This document shows positions 13,031 to 26,352 of a DNA stretch of 64,000 nt, in pieces. Location of the stretch: assembly GCF_006345805.1 (NCBI RefSeq), contig NC_043001.1:111972001-112036000 (forward strand), read 5' to 3'. The DNA is from Octopus sinensis. Its lineage: Eukaryota. A program made the translations under genes and the position numbers. Numbering within the stretch: the first letter of the stretch is position 1; every line of letters begins with the position of its first letter. Below the pieces are notes generated by a model, which was not told the origin of the DNA, did no database searches, and saw only the letters and a list, made by a program, of their open reading frames with translations.

Positions 13031-13329
13031 TATTCTGCATTGTGATGCCCATTAAAAGCGCTGAGCTCATCTTTGGAAACTACGACATTTTTCGAATCAG
13101 TTGTACCAACACCGACTTCTTTCAGGAGAATGAGAGCATATAAAAGTTTGGATTACTCATGTATGATGTCGTTTGATATGGAAAAATTATATTGAGTAAC
13201 GGGAAAAGAACGGCCGAATATTCGTTGGGTTGTTCAGATTCAATGGTGATTTGGCCATCTACATTTTTTGTTTACAATATACCTTATCGTAAAATATTTC
13301 GTTCTATCTATACGATACTTTTATTCGTT

Positions 13330-14170
13330 TATCGTCTGCTTCTTTATTAACATACTCAATCCTGGTTTGTGTTTCATCAATACCTTGCTTATTCAAATGT
13401 AAATGTCATTGAGCAGCAGAACGATGCCAAGAATCATACATAGATGCTTCAACAACACAGGCATTTCAGGAGCTGGCTTATTCTACTTCTACAACGAAGG
13501 AATCGAAACTATCTCACATATATTACTTTTCATCAAACTGAATTATTCAGAGGAGAATTCCACTGGATCTCAGGCCACATGAATATCACTGATGCAGCGA
13601 TCTGCATTTATTTGCTATCCGTCTTATTCCGACCAATCAATCACACCAATTTTCCGTATTCCAGATGGCCACATTATTTCTAAGCTTCTAAACATAATCT
13701 TTAAAACAGTCTTTCCTCCATAATGATCGACATACGTGTTTCAATCATAAGCACAATGGTTACATTAAGCAAACTTGTTCTCTTTCATAGAATAAAGACA
13801 TTCAGATCTAATCTCAAAAGGAAAAACAACAATTTATTCCCCTTCAACAACACAATGATGCAACCGCTATATACATCGAGGTAACAATCTTTCAAAACAT
13901 CTTCACTACGCTTGAACACGCACTGCTATGATTTCCATTAAGACGTCAAAAGTTAGGCCTTCCAGATTTTTGATGACATTCACATTGTACGTCGACAACA
14001 GTATCAAAACTACTAAAACCGATGTTTTGCCAAAGGTCCTCTTCAGAATCGTGAAACTTGACCGGTTGCAGATGAAACGCAGGTGCAACTTCATTTAGGC
14101 GAACACATATGCGTTGGTTTCAATGACACACACTCAAGCAACCATAAACCGTATAAAAAGACACCCTGCT
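13330..14170 (+). mobile_element. highly degenerate non-LTR retrotransposon RNase H-like region
   Basis: Spread across frames: YIDAS / NNTGISGAG / SSN*IIQ / CSDLHLFAIRL, in the order expected for RNase H motifs (TDGS..G.GAG..SN..AE..SD..AI). Many stops. Confidence 0.35.
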
Positions 14171-14179
14171 GTTGTCTTC

Positions 14180-14560
14180 TTCCAATCAGGACTCACGCCA
14201 TTAGCTACAAAGAATAATCTCTAGTTCGAGCCTACTCTAAGCTACTAAGAATGCGTGTGGCCACTTGAAGATCCATCCACCACACTCGATAGACTGGCCG
14301 TTGCACGGGCGCGAAAGCTACATTGTTATCCTCATTCCGTAAACAGTGGCTTTTAACGGGTGGAGAGCTGAACCATCCTGGGGTACAGAGGATTCGTAAT
14401 CTAGACTCGGGTCTGAAAGTTTACCATACCATAGTGGGTTGCACCATGGTTCCTCTGCTCAGAAGTAGGAAGAAAGAGAGAGAAAAAGTTATGGCGAGAG
14501 AGTACAGTGGAGTGCACCACCACTCCCGGTGCCTCGTGGAGCTTAGGTGTTTTGCTCTGC
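14180..14560 (-). mobile_element. SINE family C, long-tail variant (5' truncated)
   Basis: Same body as 18646 and 38385: ccaatcaggactcacgccattagc...gcctcgtggagcttaggtg. Confidence 0.85.
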
Positions 14561-15450
14561 TGTTGTTGCAAAGCTATACATCGTCCGAATGAAGCATTAT
14601 ATCTTTTTTCTCATTTCTCACCTTTATATTCGCTCCCCTAAACAAGCCAACTACGTACTACTCTTTCCCATGACTCGTATCCCTATGCAGTAATATTTTC
14701 TCTTTTTCTGATCCCTACGATTTATACCATAAAACAGAACTCGAAATACTTTTATTAGATCTCCTTTTACAGAACGGGAACCCCTGATCTACTTCTTTTT
14801 CTGAATCCTCAACCAAAAAATTTGAAGTTAAACATCATCGAAAATTCGGTTTGGGAATTATTGCAATGTCTGGGATCAAAAACACAGGCCTTGATTACTT
14901 GGCTACATTTAAGCAAAATATATGTTGCAGCTTATTTAATCAAACACATCCAGATGAAGAAGCAATTAGACAGGAACAAATTGAGTTACACATACGTAGG
15001 ATTCGAACCTGCCCCAATCAAACATCAAATCTGTTTTAATTAACCCAGCATTTCATCCATGATTAATAAATAAAATAATTGTGTATTATAAATGGATATG
15101 TATGCTCTATCCACTTTTATCTTTGCGCAACATCTAATAAAAATGTAGCCTTTAGGGATAGCAGCGAATAATGAGCTGTCATTCTTGAAAATGAAATATA
15201 ACTCGCTTCTTCATTTCATAAATTCAGAACACGCCTTCCAGCTCCTTTGAGATTTAGCAAATTAATTTAAACAATTTTGAACACGCCTTCTAATTCTAGT
15301 GGGAATCAGCAACTATATGTAAAATGAGAGACTTTAATAAGCATATCTAAAACTACAATTATTACACCCCTAAACATTTTGGTTTACTCACCCAGACCTA
15401 TAAATTTGAAATAGTAAATTAAAGTTGCACGCTGGACAACAGCTAATATA

Positions 15451-15989
15451 TTGTGTTGTCCGGTAAGTTCGTGCCGATTTTTAAAGGAAAGAAAAAGTTC
15501 AATATATACTTGCCATTAAATTTTTAGTCAACCAAATATGAACCATTCTGTTGCACAATGCGTCTCCACCTTTCCTTTAACTTGAAAATACCCTCTTCCC
15601 AGAATTGAGGTGGTTTCATGGCAAAGAATTTATCAAGGTATCTTTTTACGTTATCGAAGGAATTGAAATTTTTCCATTAAGACTATTCTGCAGAGACCTG
15701 AATAAGTGGAAATCCGAACGAGCAATATCTGGTGAATATGGAGGGTGGTGTGACACATCCCAGCCGCGCTGCAGCAATTGTTGCCTGGTTCCCAAAGTAT
15801 CTTCTATTTTAAAGGGTTACAAAATTAACACAGGTTATAAGGACATAAACTTCCTTCCACGAAATGATGGTTTAAACTGTGCTCTAAATGGAGGTGAAGT
15901 CAAATCCTATTTTATGGACTCAACCATGTTCTAAAACAAGTCGAAAGTTAAGCTACTATAAATCGGTACGAACTTTCCGGACAACCCAA
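15451..15989 (-). mobile_element. internally deleted mariner (DD34D-type) with both TIRs and TA TSD
   Basis: TIRs ttgtgttgtccggtaagttcgtgccgattt (15451-15480) and aaatcggtacgaactttccggacaacccaa (15960-15989), flanked by TA. Minus translation TRQQLLQRGWDVSHHPPYSPDIARSDFHLFRSLQNSL, one frameshift, then KLKERWRRIVQQNGSYLVD*. Confidence 0.92.
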
Positions 15990-17063
15990 TATTTATAAAA
16001 TAATGCAATGTATTTGAGTGTGATGCTAAACTGTGGCTGTTCAGTATTGTCTACCAATGGCGATGTTGATATTGTCAGACAGACTGTTGTATGTGTTATT
16101 GTCAATGAGAAGGTAAAGCACAAAAGGGATTCTGATGTGAAAATGGAATTGAACTGATTGGTTAATTAGATTTCGACATAGACCGTCATTGAGCAAAATT
16201 ATATGAGTAAATGAGCAAAGTAGAAATAGATAAAAATTATAGGAAGCGACCTCAATTTATAATCATTTTTATGTACGTAAAACCTCAGTTTCCCCTTTGT
16301 TCTTGTTAGAAATAAACTTCTGTATCAGATTTTGGATATTTGCATACTAAATATTGCCTATAGATATCTATTTTCTTTTCTGTCTTGCTACATCAATTAG
16401 ACGGCGTTTGAGAATATCATAATTGTATATTATTATAGGTACAGCCAGCTAGCGAGTTGATGCTTATTACCCAGAACCTTATTTTTACATATAGATGTGT
16501 TTTAAGTAACAATCTAAGTAGTCCAGAATGTTTTTCCAAACTTTTTCATTATTTTTTCCTGTGTTTCTACTTTGTCTAAACCACTGATTGCTATGTATTT
16601 GGAAATCTGTTTGATCTAATTCTCTCATGACTGTTACTTTATCTATCATTATGTTAGTGTTCTTAAATATTTGTTTAGCGCATTCTTCTAATTTGTATTT
16701 TATAACAGTTCATTTAGTAATTCTCCAGAGCAAATCTGATGGAAGAAAAATTACTGTATACGAAATAGAGGTCCTATAGTTATTGCATCCGAGCCTTGTG
16801 TGGTTTACCCCGTTGGAGACAAGACTCATTACTTGGAAGGTAAAAGTTTCAAAGAGGCGTCCTCTTCGAAAATTCATCTCCTAATGAGGATAGATAACGC
16901 TTATATTTCAGTTTCATTTTGTACCTGTCTACAGAAATGCGCTCTATTTCCAAGTGTGGACGAAACATTTTCTAAACACTTCCAGTTGCCAATCAATCGA
17001 TGGCCATCACACCTTTCTAGTTTCAGTTTTTAGTCATTGCATTATGGGTTAATGTGGAGGCGC

Positions 17064-17365
17064 AATGGCTCAGTGGTTAGGGCAGAAGTCTCGCGGTCGT
17101 AGGACCGCGGTTACGATTCCCAAACCGGGCGTTGTGTGTGTTTATTGAGCGAAAATTCCCAAAGCTCCACGATGTTCCGGCAGGGGGTGGTAGCGACCCC
17201 TGTTGTACTCTTTCGTCTCTCACTCTTTCTCCTGTTTCTTGAGTAACGCTGCGATAAACTGGCGTCACATTCAGCTGGATGGAATACATACGCCATAGAA
17301 ACCGGAAAACCGGGCCCATGAGCCTGGTTAGGCTTCAAAAGGGCGCATAAATAAAATAAATTTTT
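17064..17365 (+). mobile_element. SINE family C (head gaggcgcaatggc, TTTA-type tail)
   Basis: tRNA-like head with A and B boxes; tail gaaaccgggcccatgagcctggttaggcttcaaaagggcgc followed by (taaa)n. Confidence 0.9.
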
Positions 17366-17639
17366 GATTAGTAATCGATCCCTACAGCTACATGAGCATT
17401 TGTACAGGAATGTCCCTTCTAGAAACAGAATATTCCTTCCGCGAACCATTATTTATTTTTTGAGTTGTTGTATTTACGGTTTGTAGGTTGTAACGATGGC
17501 AGAAATTTTAATTGTTGAGGGTATCTGTTTCTTAATATTAAAAATTAAAACTGCTTATTTCGCTTAATGAGCTAATCATCAATAATGACATTACATTATA
17601 AGACACCTGGAAATATATTTTAATTATTGGTATTTAATG

Positions 17640-17897
17640 TAATAAAATAAATAAATGCGCCCTTTTAAAGCCTAGCCAGGTTCATGGGCCCGGTTTTCCG
17701 GATTCTATGGCGTATGTGTTCCCCAGCTGGACGGGACGCCAGTCCATCGCAGCGTTACTCCTTTTTGCCAGCTGAGTGGACTGGAGCATGGAAGTGTTTT
17801 GCTCAAGAACACAACGCGTCGCACGATCTAGGAATCAAAACCAGCATCTTACGATCATGATGCTGACATTCTAACCACTAAGCCACGCGCCTCCACG
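17640..17897 (-). mobile_element. SINE family C (head gtggaggcgcgtgg, same tail as 17064)
   Basis: The tail is the reverse complement of about 17255-17360; head and core match 10887-11112. Confidence 0.9.
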
Positions 17898-18451
17898 GTA
17901 CTTAATGTGCCTCCAATTAATTAATTCCTGCTTTACAAACTTTCCACACATCAATAGATTTCCTTTTCACTTATTACATGTTACATACGTGTACATGATG
18001 CAATGTGTACGTGGTTAACAGGAAAACAGTGAATTTGAAAGAGGAAATCAACTATGATTTCTAGCAAGAAAAGCGGCCGGCTGGGGTGGGTAGTTCTGTA
18101 TTTAACTTATTTATTCTACATGCATTAGAAATAGATATAATCCATTCTAAAGCTCATCAAAAACCATGGAGGCTTTATTATAAATCGATGAAACCTTTAT
18201 TAAGACATGTTATATCTCTAAAGACATTCTGTGCTGAAATACGAAATTGAATTACACATAATTAATAGCGCTTAAGATGTAATAGCATTTGATATGCAAA
18301 ATTTGAATCTGAGCCAAATATTAGACGAGTAAACATTAGTAAGCTTTTAGCTGGAAAACTTTGACGCTTCTCAATTGTCAAAGAAGTTGACATTTCTCAG
18401 TTATCTCCCATGCAGGCCTTCACTTGTAACAGATGTTAACGCATCTGCTGT

Positions 18452-18646
18452 TGTCTTCTTCTTCTTCTTCTTCTTCTTCTTCTTCTTCTTCTTCTTCTTC
18501 GTCTTCTCCTCCTCTTCCACCTCCTCCTCCTCTTCCTTCTTCTTCTTCTTCTTCTTCTTCGTCTTCTCCTCCTCCTCCTCCCCTTCCTCTTCCTCCTCCT
18601 CCTCCTCCTCCTCTTCCTTCTTCTTCTTCTTCTTCTTCTTCTTCTT
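18452..18646. repeat. (CTT)n/(CCT)n array, the expanded 3' tail of the adjacent minus-strand SINE
   Basis: Abuts ccaatcagg exactly as the short (CTT)n tails do at 14175 and 38370. Confidence 0.9.
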
Positions 18647-19121
18647 CCAATCAGGACTCATGTCATTAGCCACCAAGAATAATCTCTAATTCGAGCCTAC
18701 TCTAAGCTAGTAAGAATGCGTGCGGCAACTTGAAGATCCACCCACCACACGCGATAGACTGGCGGTTGCACGGGTGCGAAACCTACGTTGTTATCCTCAT
18801 TCCGTAAACGGTGGCTTTTAACGGGTGGAGAGCTGAACTATACTGGGGTATAGAGGATTCGCAATCTAGACTAGGGTCTGAAAATTTACCATACCATAGT
18901 GGGTTCAACATGGTTCCTCTGCTTTGTGGCAGAAGTAGGAAGAAAGAGTGAGAGAAAGTTGTGGTGAGAGAGTGCAGCGGGTTTCACACCCGCCTCCTCG
19001 GGGCCTCGTGGAGCTTAGGTGCTTTGCTCAATAAACACTCACAATATCCGGTCTGGGAATCGAAACCGCGCTCTCACAGCCGCTACTCCGCTGACCTAAC
19101 CACTGGGCCATTGCGCCTCCA
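18646..19121 (-). mobile_element. SINE family C, long-tail variant, full length
   Basis: Head gtggaggcgcaatggcccagtggttagg on the minus strand, a body of about 470 bp, and a (GAA)n tail. Confidence 0.9.
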
Positions 19122-20979
19122 CTCTGCTGCTGTTGCTGTGATTGCTGCTGAGTAGTCCCATATGTCAGCTCTTATTGATCAGATATCTGATTAATGATGC
19201 TTTATTATATAACAGCTTCGCTTGCATTTGGTAGGGGTACACTTTCATTCTAAAGTGTTGGTCTCCTTCAGGAGACATTTTATTCCACAGCTCTGGTTCC
19301 TTAGTAGTAGTCCATGAATCAGAAATAGCAGCTTCCCTGGGCATTTTTGTGTTGTGCAAATTCAAGCGCTACTTAGAAAATTTAAAGCAAACTTTACTTT
19401 CCAGAATGATTTTTACTGGATTTACTTTTTCCTGAAATCATCATATAAGCTTTCCACTATTTTCTTATTACGATGGTACTTCTAGGAAGTTTACATCGTT
19501 CCTGATCTTCGACCACAAGAACGGTTTTATTTTAGGCTTCACATATAGATCTATGAGGTTCGAAAATTTACAGAGTAACGTCTTGAGGACATGACGTAAT
19601 TTGCTCTGTATTACCATGTATTTTTCCACTGCATGCGGTGTTACAGGCATTGCTTTTAGCAATGTGGTTGATTTTTCCTGCATCGAGTTTTTATAAAAAT
19701 ATCATGGTTAATATCCTCTGCAATCCTTTTTACGAGATTTCTTTTTGCATTACTGCCTTCGATTTCACTTCATGGTTTCCTTCTAGACATTTTGACTTGC
19801 AAGCAAATGCAAACGCATCAGTGACCAAAATGTATCCGAAGCACATACATTATATCACGAAAAAAGAACTGATTAACATCCCATGGATGTTGCATTCGAA
19901 ACAAGAAAACTATAAGGACGATAGACACGTTGTGGAAGCAAATACTTATTACGTTTAATCGAAAGGTTACAAGCTTCATAAACATTTCGACACATTTACC
20001 TTTAACTTGAGCCATAAAACACCACACTCTACTCATACACACAGATGTATCCATGCAGACACACATAACACACACACTCTCGCACACATCCTCTGTGTTG
20101 ACATACAACATATGTGGCCACAGTCATTATTTTCATACTGATACCATTGTTTACATTTCTAGTTAATTAGTCAAAGTCGATGGGTGGTTTTGCAGTGGTT
20201 TTTGCGTTGGTGATGGAGAGTTTTTATGGGTATTAAGTGGTCGTATTGTTCATATTTATTCTAATGTTGTTGCTGTTTAATCTCAAGTTAAACCACAACC
20301 TAAGATCAAATATTTTCCATTCAACCTTTAAGACATTCTAGGATGACACATTATCTCATGTGAAAGTTTGTTTTATTATATTAGACATTTTTGCTTATCT
20401 TTTCCTTTTTTGCCATTCTTGCTGCCTATGTTGATAATTAAAAATTGGTAATGCCAATGGTTGTGTTGATTTTGGTGTCGATGTTCTTTGTGCTGGAGAA
20501 GATTAACGTATATATACACGTATATAATTGTGTATATATGTGGGGATTCACACTAAGAACTATACACATACACAAATATTTACAATGAAAACTTCTGCTT
20601 CACAATGAGGGATAAGAGTATTCTTATAATTTATCTGAGTTTCCTTGTGGGCGAAATTACAGACTATATCCTGAAATCAGTGGTCATACTAAAAGAATTT
20701 TCCGTACGTGTGAAATCCCAAAACATGTGGTAACCACAATACACGAACGCCTGTCTATAATACTAGATTTCATGCGCTATTGTTAATGAAATAAATGTTT
20801 TTAGGAACAGCACTGCATAGGCTTAGAATTGGTGTTGAAATCAAAGCTGGTTTCCACCAACCCAGTTGGTGCACCGCAGTAAGTATGCATCTTCAAAAGC
20901 GGTCGAACATCAACTTCAAAAACGGTTGAACATCAACGAAAAGGATTCACACCTGTCTCACCAGATGTACATGATTTCG

Positions 20980-21560
20980 AGCTGGGATGCTGGAACTTCA
21001 GAACTATGATAGACTGACAGCAGCAGGCTAGAAGTGCATTCTTCTCTTCTTGCTCACGACTTCTCTAAACTGAATATTGATATTGCTGCCCAATTTTTCT
21101 GTGAAGATGAAGGCAATCTGCAAGATAATGGTGCAGGTTACACTCTCTACTGGTTCGGCAAGCCACAGGCCGGACGAAGTCTATCTGGCATCAGATTCTC
21201 GGTCAGAAACGCCATTGTCTCCAAGTTAAAAATAACATTCAACAACTCCCTCTGACAGCATCATCTCTATGCCTGTTTCCATCCAAAGCAAAACTATATA
21301 CCAATCTTTGTAGTGTGTACCCGCCAGCTCTACAAGCTGATGCTATGATAAAGAATAAGTCCTACACTGTCCTGCGCAGCCACTTCCAAAGTACTTCAGC
21401 AAACGAAAATGGTGACTTCAATGTCAGGTTACGTCAAGTTTTGGAAGCTTGGATAGGAATTCTTGACTAGCATGGTTTGGGGGAATTATTACGAGGAAGC
21501 TACAAAAATTTCTAAGACCAGGCATGTGACTATCCTCTACCAATCAAATCCTATTCAAAA
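20980..21560 (+). mobile_element. RTE-type LINE, AP-endonuclease relic
   Basis: HDFSKLNIDIAA...EDEGNLQDNGAGYTLYWFGKP...SGIRFSVRNAIVSKLK; later LQAD and GDFNVR. Confidence 0.85.
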
Positions 21561-21812
21561 CATACTAATTTGAGCCATGAACTCCTGATAAAAATAGGGT
21601 AAGCTTCAAACGCTAATCAGAAGCGAGACAGTTGCGACATAAGTCACGTCTTTCTGCATGAACTTTTTGAAAATCAGTGTGAACTGTGAAACCGGTTAAA
21701 GTTTGAAATATATAAATATAAAATATTTTAACTATTCTCAGTGTATTTTCAGCTTCTATTTTTCCTATATTTCTACCCGTGAGGAATAAAATAACTTTGT
21801 TTTCTATATATA

Positions 21813-21848
<36 letters not shown>

Positions 21849-22414
21849 ATATGTATATGCATGTATGTATGTATGTATCTATGTATGTATGTATGAATGT
21901 GTGTGTGTGTATTAAATTAATTTTGATAAGAACTTTAATTTCCATCTGAGATCATATTAAAGCAGTTGTAGAAATCTTGTTCTCTTGTTCATAGGGGAAT
22001 CCTGATAAAAAAATTCCGTTATCAAACGGCGATAACGAGGTGTCATGCAGTAATAGTGAAGTGACTTCGTTGTTAAATTGTAAATAATAAGTATTCTAAG
22101 TGAAGAGACGTTATGAGAAATATCTATTGACATATATTATATTTGCGGTCAACAATTTTAAATTATGGTAAAAAAGGGTGGATATGCAAAGTGAGGAAAG
22201 AAGAAATATGGGAGGAAATATTGAGGCAAATGCTACAAAGAGAACAGTTTAATACAAAATATGATTTCACCAGTATTTTTTCAAAGATAATCTAGGTAAA
22301 AAAATATAACTGATAAAAATGTGTTTAAATTGTATCGTGTCTATATCTGGGTTGGTTTGCATATATGTGACTATGTTTGTATCTATGTATGTTGGTAGGA
22401 TAAGGTATTAAAAT

Positions 22415-22622
22415 GCGGTGAGATGGCAGAATCATTAGCACACTGTGCACAATGCTTCTCGGTATTTTGCCTACTGCCGCGTCTGAGTTCAAATTCCACG
22501 AGGTTGACTTTGTTTTTTATCCTTTTCGGGACGATAAATTAAGTACCAGTCAAGTTCTGGGGTTGGTGTGATCGACTCTCCCTCACCCCACAAAATTCAG
22601 GCCTTGTGCCTAAAGTAGAAAG
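22415..22622 (+). mobile_element. SINE family B
   Basis: ggtgagatggcagaatcattagc...ctgagttcaaattcc...aagtaccag. Confidence 0.85.
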
Positions 22623-22732
22623 GATAAGATATTAATATAAAGATATAAAGTTATGAATGAAAAATGGAAATTATGAATATGGAAAATCAAAATAATATAT
22701 AATACGATTGATAGTCATCATAACAGTAAATG

Positions 22733-23030
22733 TGGAGGCGCAATGGCCTAGTGGTTAGGGCAGCGGACTCGCGGTCGTAGGATCGCGGTTTCGATTCCCA
22801 GACCGGGCGTTGTGAGTGTTTATTGAGCGAAAACACCCAAAGCTCCACGAGGCACCGGCAGGGGGTGGTGGCGATCCCTGCTGTACTCTTTCACCACAAC
22901 TTTCTCTCACTCTTTCTTCTGTTGGCCTGCTCGCTTAGCCAGCGGGGTGGCGTCATTTGAAGGCTAAAACAAAGCGAAGCGCATTGTGACCAGCGATGTG
23001 TAACAACATCTGATAGCCTGGTCGGAGAGA
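22733..23030 (+). mobile_element. SINE family C, third tail variant
   Basis: Head matches 17064; tail ctgttggcctgctcgcttagccagcggggtggcgtcatttgaaggc...gatagcctggtcgg differs from the other family C tails. Confidence 0.9.
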
Positions 23031-23129
23031 GAAGATAACAGTAAATATAAAAACATAAGAGAAAACACGTAACCTGATCTCCTCATACTCTAATAATGAT
23101 TCTTTATCATAATTGTTTCGTATTTTGGC

Positions 23130-23520
23130 ACAAGGGCAGCTGTTTCGGGGAAGGTGTAAATCAACCCCAGTACTCAACTGTTACTTATTTCATTGACCCT
23201 GAATTGATGAAAAGCAAAGCCGACCTCGGCGGAATTTGAACTTAGAGCGCAAAGACAGACGAAATTCCTCTAAGTATTTTTCCCTGCCTGCTAACGGTTC
23301 TACCAGTTCACCACCTCTATACATACTCTAATGTTGATATCCATAATACAGAGAAAGTATTTCAGTAGGTAATAATCCCTTCTGCTATCGGCACAAGGCC
23401 TGAAATTTGGTGTGAAGGGCGATAGTCGATTACGTCGACCCCAGTGCTCAACTGGTACTTAATTTATCGACTCCGAAATGATGAAAAGAAAAGTCGACCG
23501 ACCTTAGCGGAATTTGATTT
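23130..23520 (-). mobile_element. two SINE family B copies
   Basis: Reverse-complement core ccccagtgctcaactggtactta...aaagtcgacc..ggcggaatttga occurs twice. Confidence 0.8.
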
Positions 23521-23809
23521 GAGGTGGTAATAATAACGAAGGGAGTGGATCTGCAACGAATAATTATACGATTATTATTAGGATATAATTATGAGCTGCA
23601 CCAAGTGCAGAAATACATATGTAAATCAAACTAGCGTAATAACTAAAATAGGGACTTGGGGACACCAGTTAATCCAGACTGTAACACTAGGTATGAGAGC
23701 TCTGAGAGTAAAGAAAATCTCAGGGGCAGCAAAATAAGGAAATATAGAACTCACTAGAAATAGTTTAATAGATGATGGAAATCTTAATTATAGTCTGTTT
23801 AATAAAATA

Positions 23810-24860
23810 CGAGCCAAGATCTTCTCAGTCATTGATAGAAGTAGTTTCCACAGACCGCTCTGCAGCTTTTTTGAAGTCTTGTAGAAGTCTTGTAGAACCG
23901 TTTCTATCTTTCAGATCTAGAGCTCAATGCTATGCAGGCTTTCAATAAGCGTCATATCTCCATGCTTCCAGATTTCAGCGGGTATTCCACAGCTGCCAGG
24001 TGATTTGCCGTTTTTCATTTGTTTGATTGCATCATTGAATTCCTTATTGATTGATTGCATCATTGAATTCCTTATTGATTGATTGCATCATTCAAGAAAT
24101 ATTCCTCGGTAGTTTCCACAGACCGCTCCACAACTTTCTTTGAAGGTACGAACGAAGCATTCGTCCTTCCAGTCTTGTAGAACCGTTTCCATCTTTCAGA
24201 CCTAGAACTCAATGCTACACAGGTTTTCAATAAGCCGTCTTTCATTTGTTTGATTGCATCATTGAATTAATTGTAAATAGGTTGATCATCTAAGGATTGG
24301 GTGGTTGATTGTTGTGTGACCTTCTTGTAAGCAGTATGGTCCACAGCACCTGAGATAATAAGCAGGCTGTCAAAGTGATTGTCATAAATATCGAGTATCT
24401 CCAGTTTTTCCTGGATTATTCTTTATGTCGAGAGTTATGAATTTAGTTGTGCACTTTCTCTATGGCCCGTATAAGTCTTGAAGTCCTGAATAAAATGTTG
24501 TTATATCATTTTTATCTGCATAACGTTGTAACTCTTCAGCTTTAGACTCCCACCAACCTGACTTCAGTTTCCTTGTAAATTGTTGCATCTTCTTTCATGC
24601 TTCAACCAGTTTTCCTCCGTTCAACCTTGTGTTGTAATTTAGCTACCGTAACTTTGCATGTTCCTTTCTCCTAGCAGGGTCTGTAGTTGGATGTTGTTCA
24701 TGTTGAAACAATCTTGATGTTTTTTTTCAACAATTTACCAAGAAGTCTCATATGTCAGACTTGTCTCATATGTAGTTATTTTCAAGATGTTCCATTTTCT
24801 TCAAGTCTTTTGTTTCCTTTAATGATTGTAATACTACTAAAAAAAACAGAGCAGAAGCAT
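23810..24860 (-). mobile_element. RTE-type LINE, RT N-terminal relic with internal tandem duplications
   Basis: NDAIKQMKNGKSPGSCGIPAEIWKHGD matches RTE AIK.LK.GKAPG.DGIPAE. 23830-24090 is partly duplicated at 24100-24270, and a 24-bp unit (gattgcatcattgaattccttatt) repeats. Confidence 0.8.
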
Positions 24861-24929
24861 GCATGATAGTGACAAATTCAACTGTAATATATTTGATAAA
24901 TCTCTGTTCAAAGGTAATTGCTGTATATA

Positions 24930-25270
24930 TATAGCGTAATATATAAATGCACGGACCTTAACAAACAAGAGAACTTCTATAAAATATACTTAGATGCCAC
25001 GGTTAACGTTCTCTGTCGATTTCTAGCTCATCTTAGCTCATTTATTGCGACTGCCTATAATAATTCTACCACACTTGTTAACCACATACACGACTTGAGA
25101 AATTTAGCACTCCATATAATATCATCAATATTGGAAATCCATACCATGTAAATCGTTCTCATTGCAATTTATGTTTAGAAGAATCTAGCGAAATCTTAGA
25201 AAATATGAATTACAACCGTGTTTCGTGGTCTGTTACCACAACAGCTCCTTTATAGGATCCAGTTAGCTCA
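24930..25270 (+). mobile_element. Penelope-like GIY-YIG relic
   Basis: KIYLDATVNVLCRFLAHLSSF..NNSTTLVNHIHDL, frameshift, NPYHVNRSHCNLCLEE; same pattern as 9250-9590. Confidence 0.7.
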
Positions 25271-26188
25271 AGACATCATCAAGAGGAACCACGTCCGGTT
25301 TCGGCCTCTACTCCTCTACCGTTTTGACGTGGCAGGGCCCCCGCTTTCGGAGGTGTCTTCAGCTCTGGTGTTGGGTGCATGTCTTCTTTCTTCTCTTCCC
25401 TGGCCTCTTCGGTGTAGCGTCAACGAGTGTCATTAAGTAGTGAACCGCCAAAGGGAAGGTAGTAGTCCTTTTATACAGTGATTCTTCAAAATTTTCCGAT
25501 TTTACCTTAGATCTAAATGCTGAGTTTCGACTGTACCCAAGCAAATAACACTCAACTATCTACTAGGTCCCTTGGTACACAAACTCACCACACTTACCTA
25601 TTCTTCTTTCATTTCATTATTATCGATCATTATTTTCCTAACGACATTCTGATTTCTTTAGTTCATTAAATTATTACGCACGTTATTCCAACATATTACA
25701 TTAGACTAAATTTAATTATTATATTCATACCTACAGCTCTCTACATTTTATTAATATATTTACATATTTAATATTCATATTTACTATATACGTCCAGTAG
25801 TTATAGCTTAGTATATAACTTACAAACACAAATCTACCTTAGGTCGTCGCATTATACTTCATCATGTATTCTAATATACAATTTTCATGCATATGATAAA
25901 TCCCAAACGTATTTATGCCAGATAGATATTCATAATATCATAGTAAGCCATTTTATAAGAGCTAATGCAATTTTCAAATCTCTCTTATTCCAAAATCCTT
26001 CTATCCTTCCGTTCTTGTCTGGTTAATCTAATCCTCTCTTAATCGTCTTGTAGTGACCATTCGTCTAGACCAGGCTTTTCGATCATTTTTTATCTACAGA
26101 CCCCTTTAAATACTATTTTATTCTCGTAGACTCCATAGCCATTCAATAATTATATATATATATATAAATATGTATATATATATATTTA

Positions 26189-26352
26189 GGACGGGCTTCG
26201 TTCAGTTTCCATCTACCAAATCCACTCAAAAGGCTTTGGTCGGCCCGAGGCTATAGTATTAGATACTTGCCCCAAGTTGCCACGCAGTGAGAGTGAACCC
26301 GGAACCATGTGGTTGGGAAGCAAGTTACTTACCACACAGCCACTCCTGCGCC
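26189..26352 (-). mobile_element. SINE family A, head and core
   Basis: gacgggcttcgttcagtttccatctaccaaatccac...cacacagccactcctgcgcct. Confidence 0.9.

Noticed and set aside
13930-14120. Minus frame IGFSSFDTVVDVQCECHQKSGRPNF*RLNGN, loosely like an integrin-beta hybrid/EGF boundary
   Set aside because: In-frame stop, no following Cys-rich repeats, and the plus strand fits an RNase H relic better.
17064-17140. tRNA-like sequences at SINE heads
   Set aside because: They run directly into SINE bodies and lack a complete cloverleaf; not tRNA genes.
19150-19960. Protein-like minus frames (GDQHFRMKVYPYQMQ)
   Set aside because: Probably an old transposase relic, but no catalytic motif or TIR was found to support a call.
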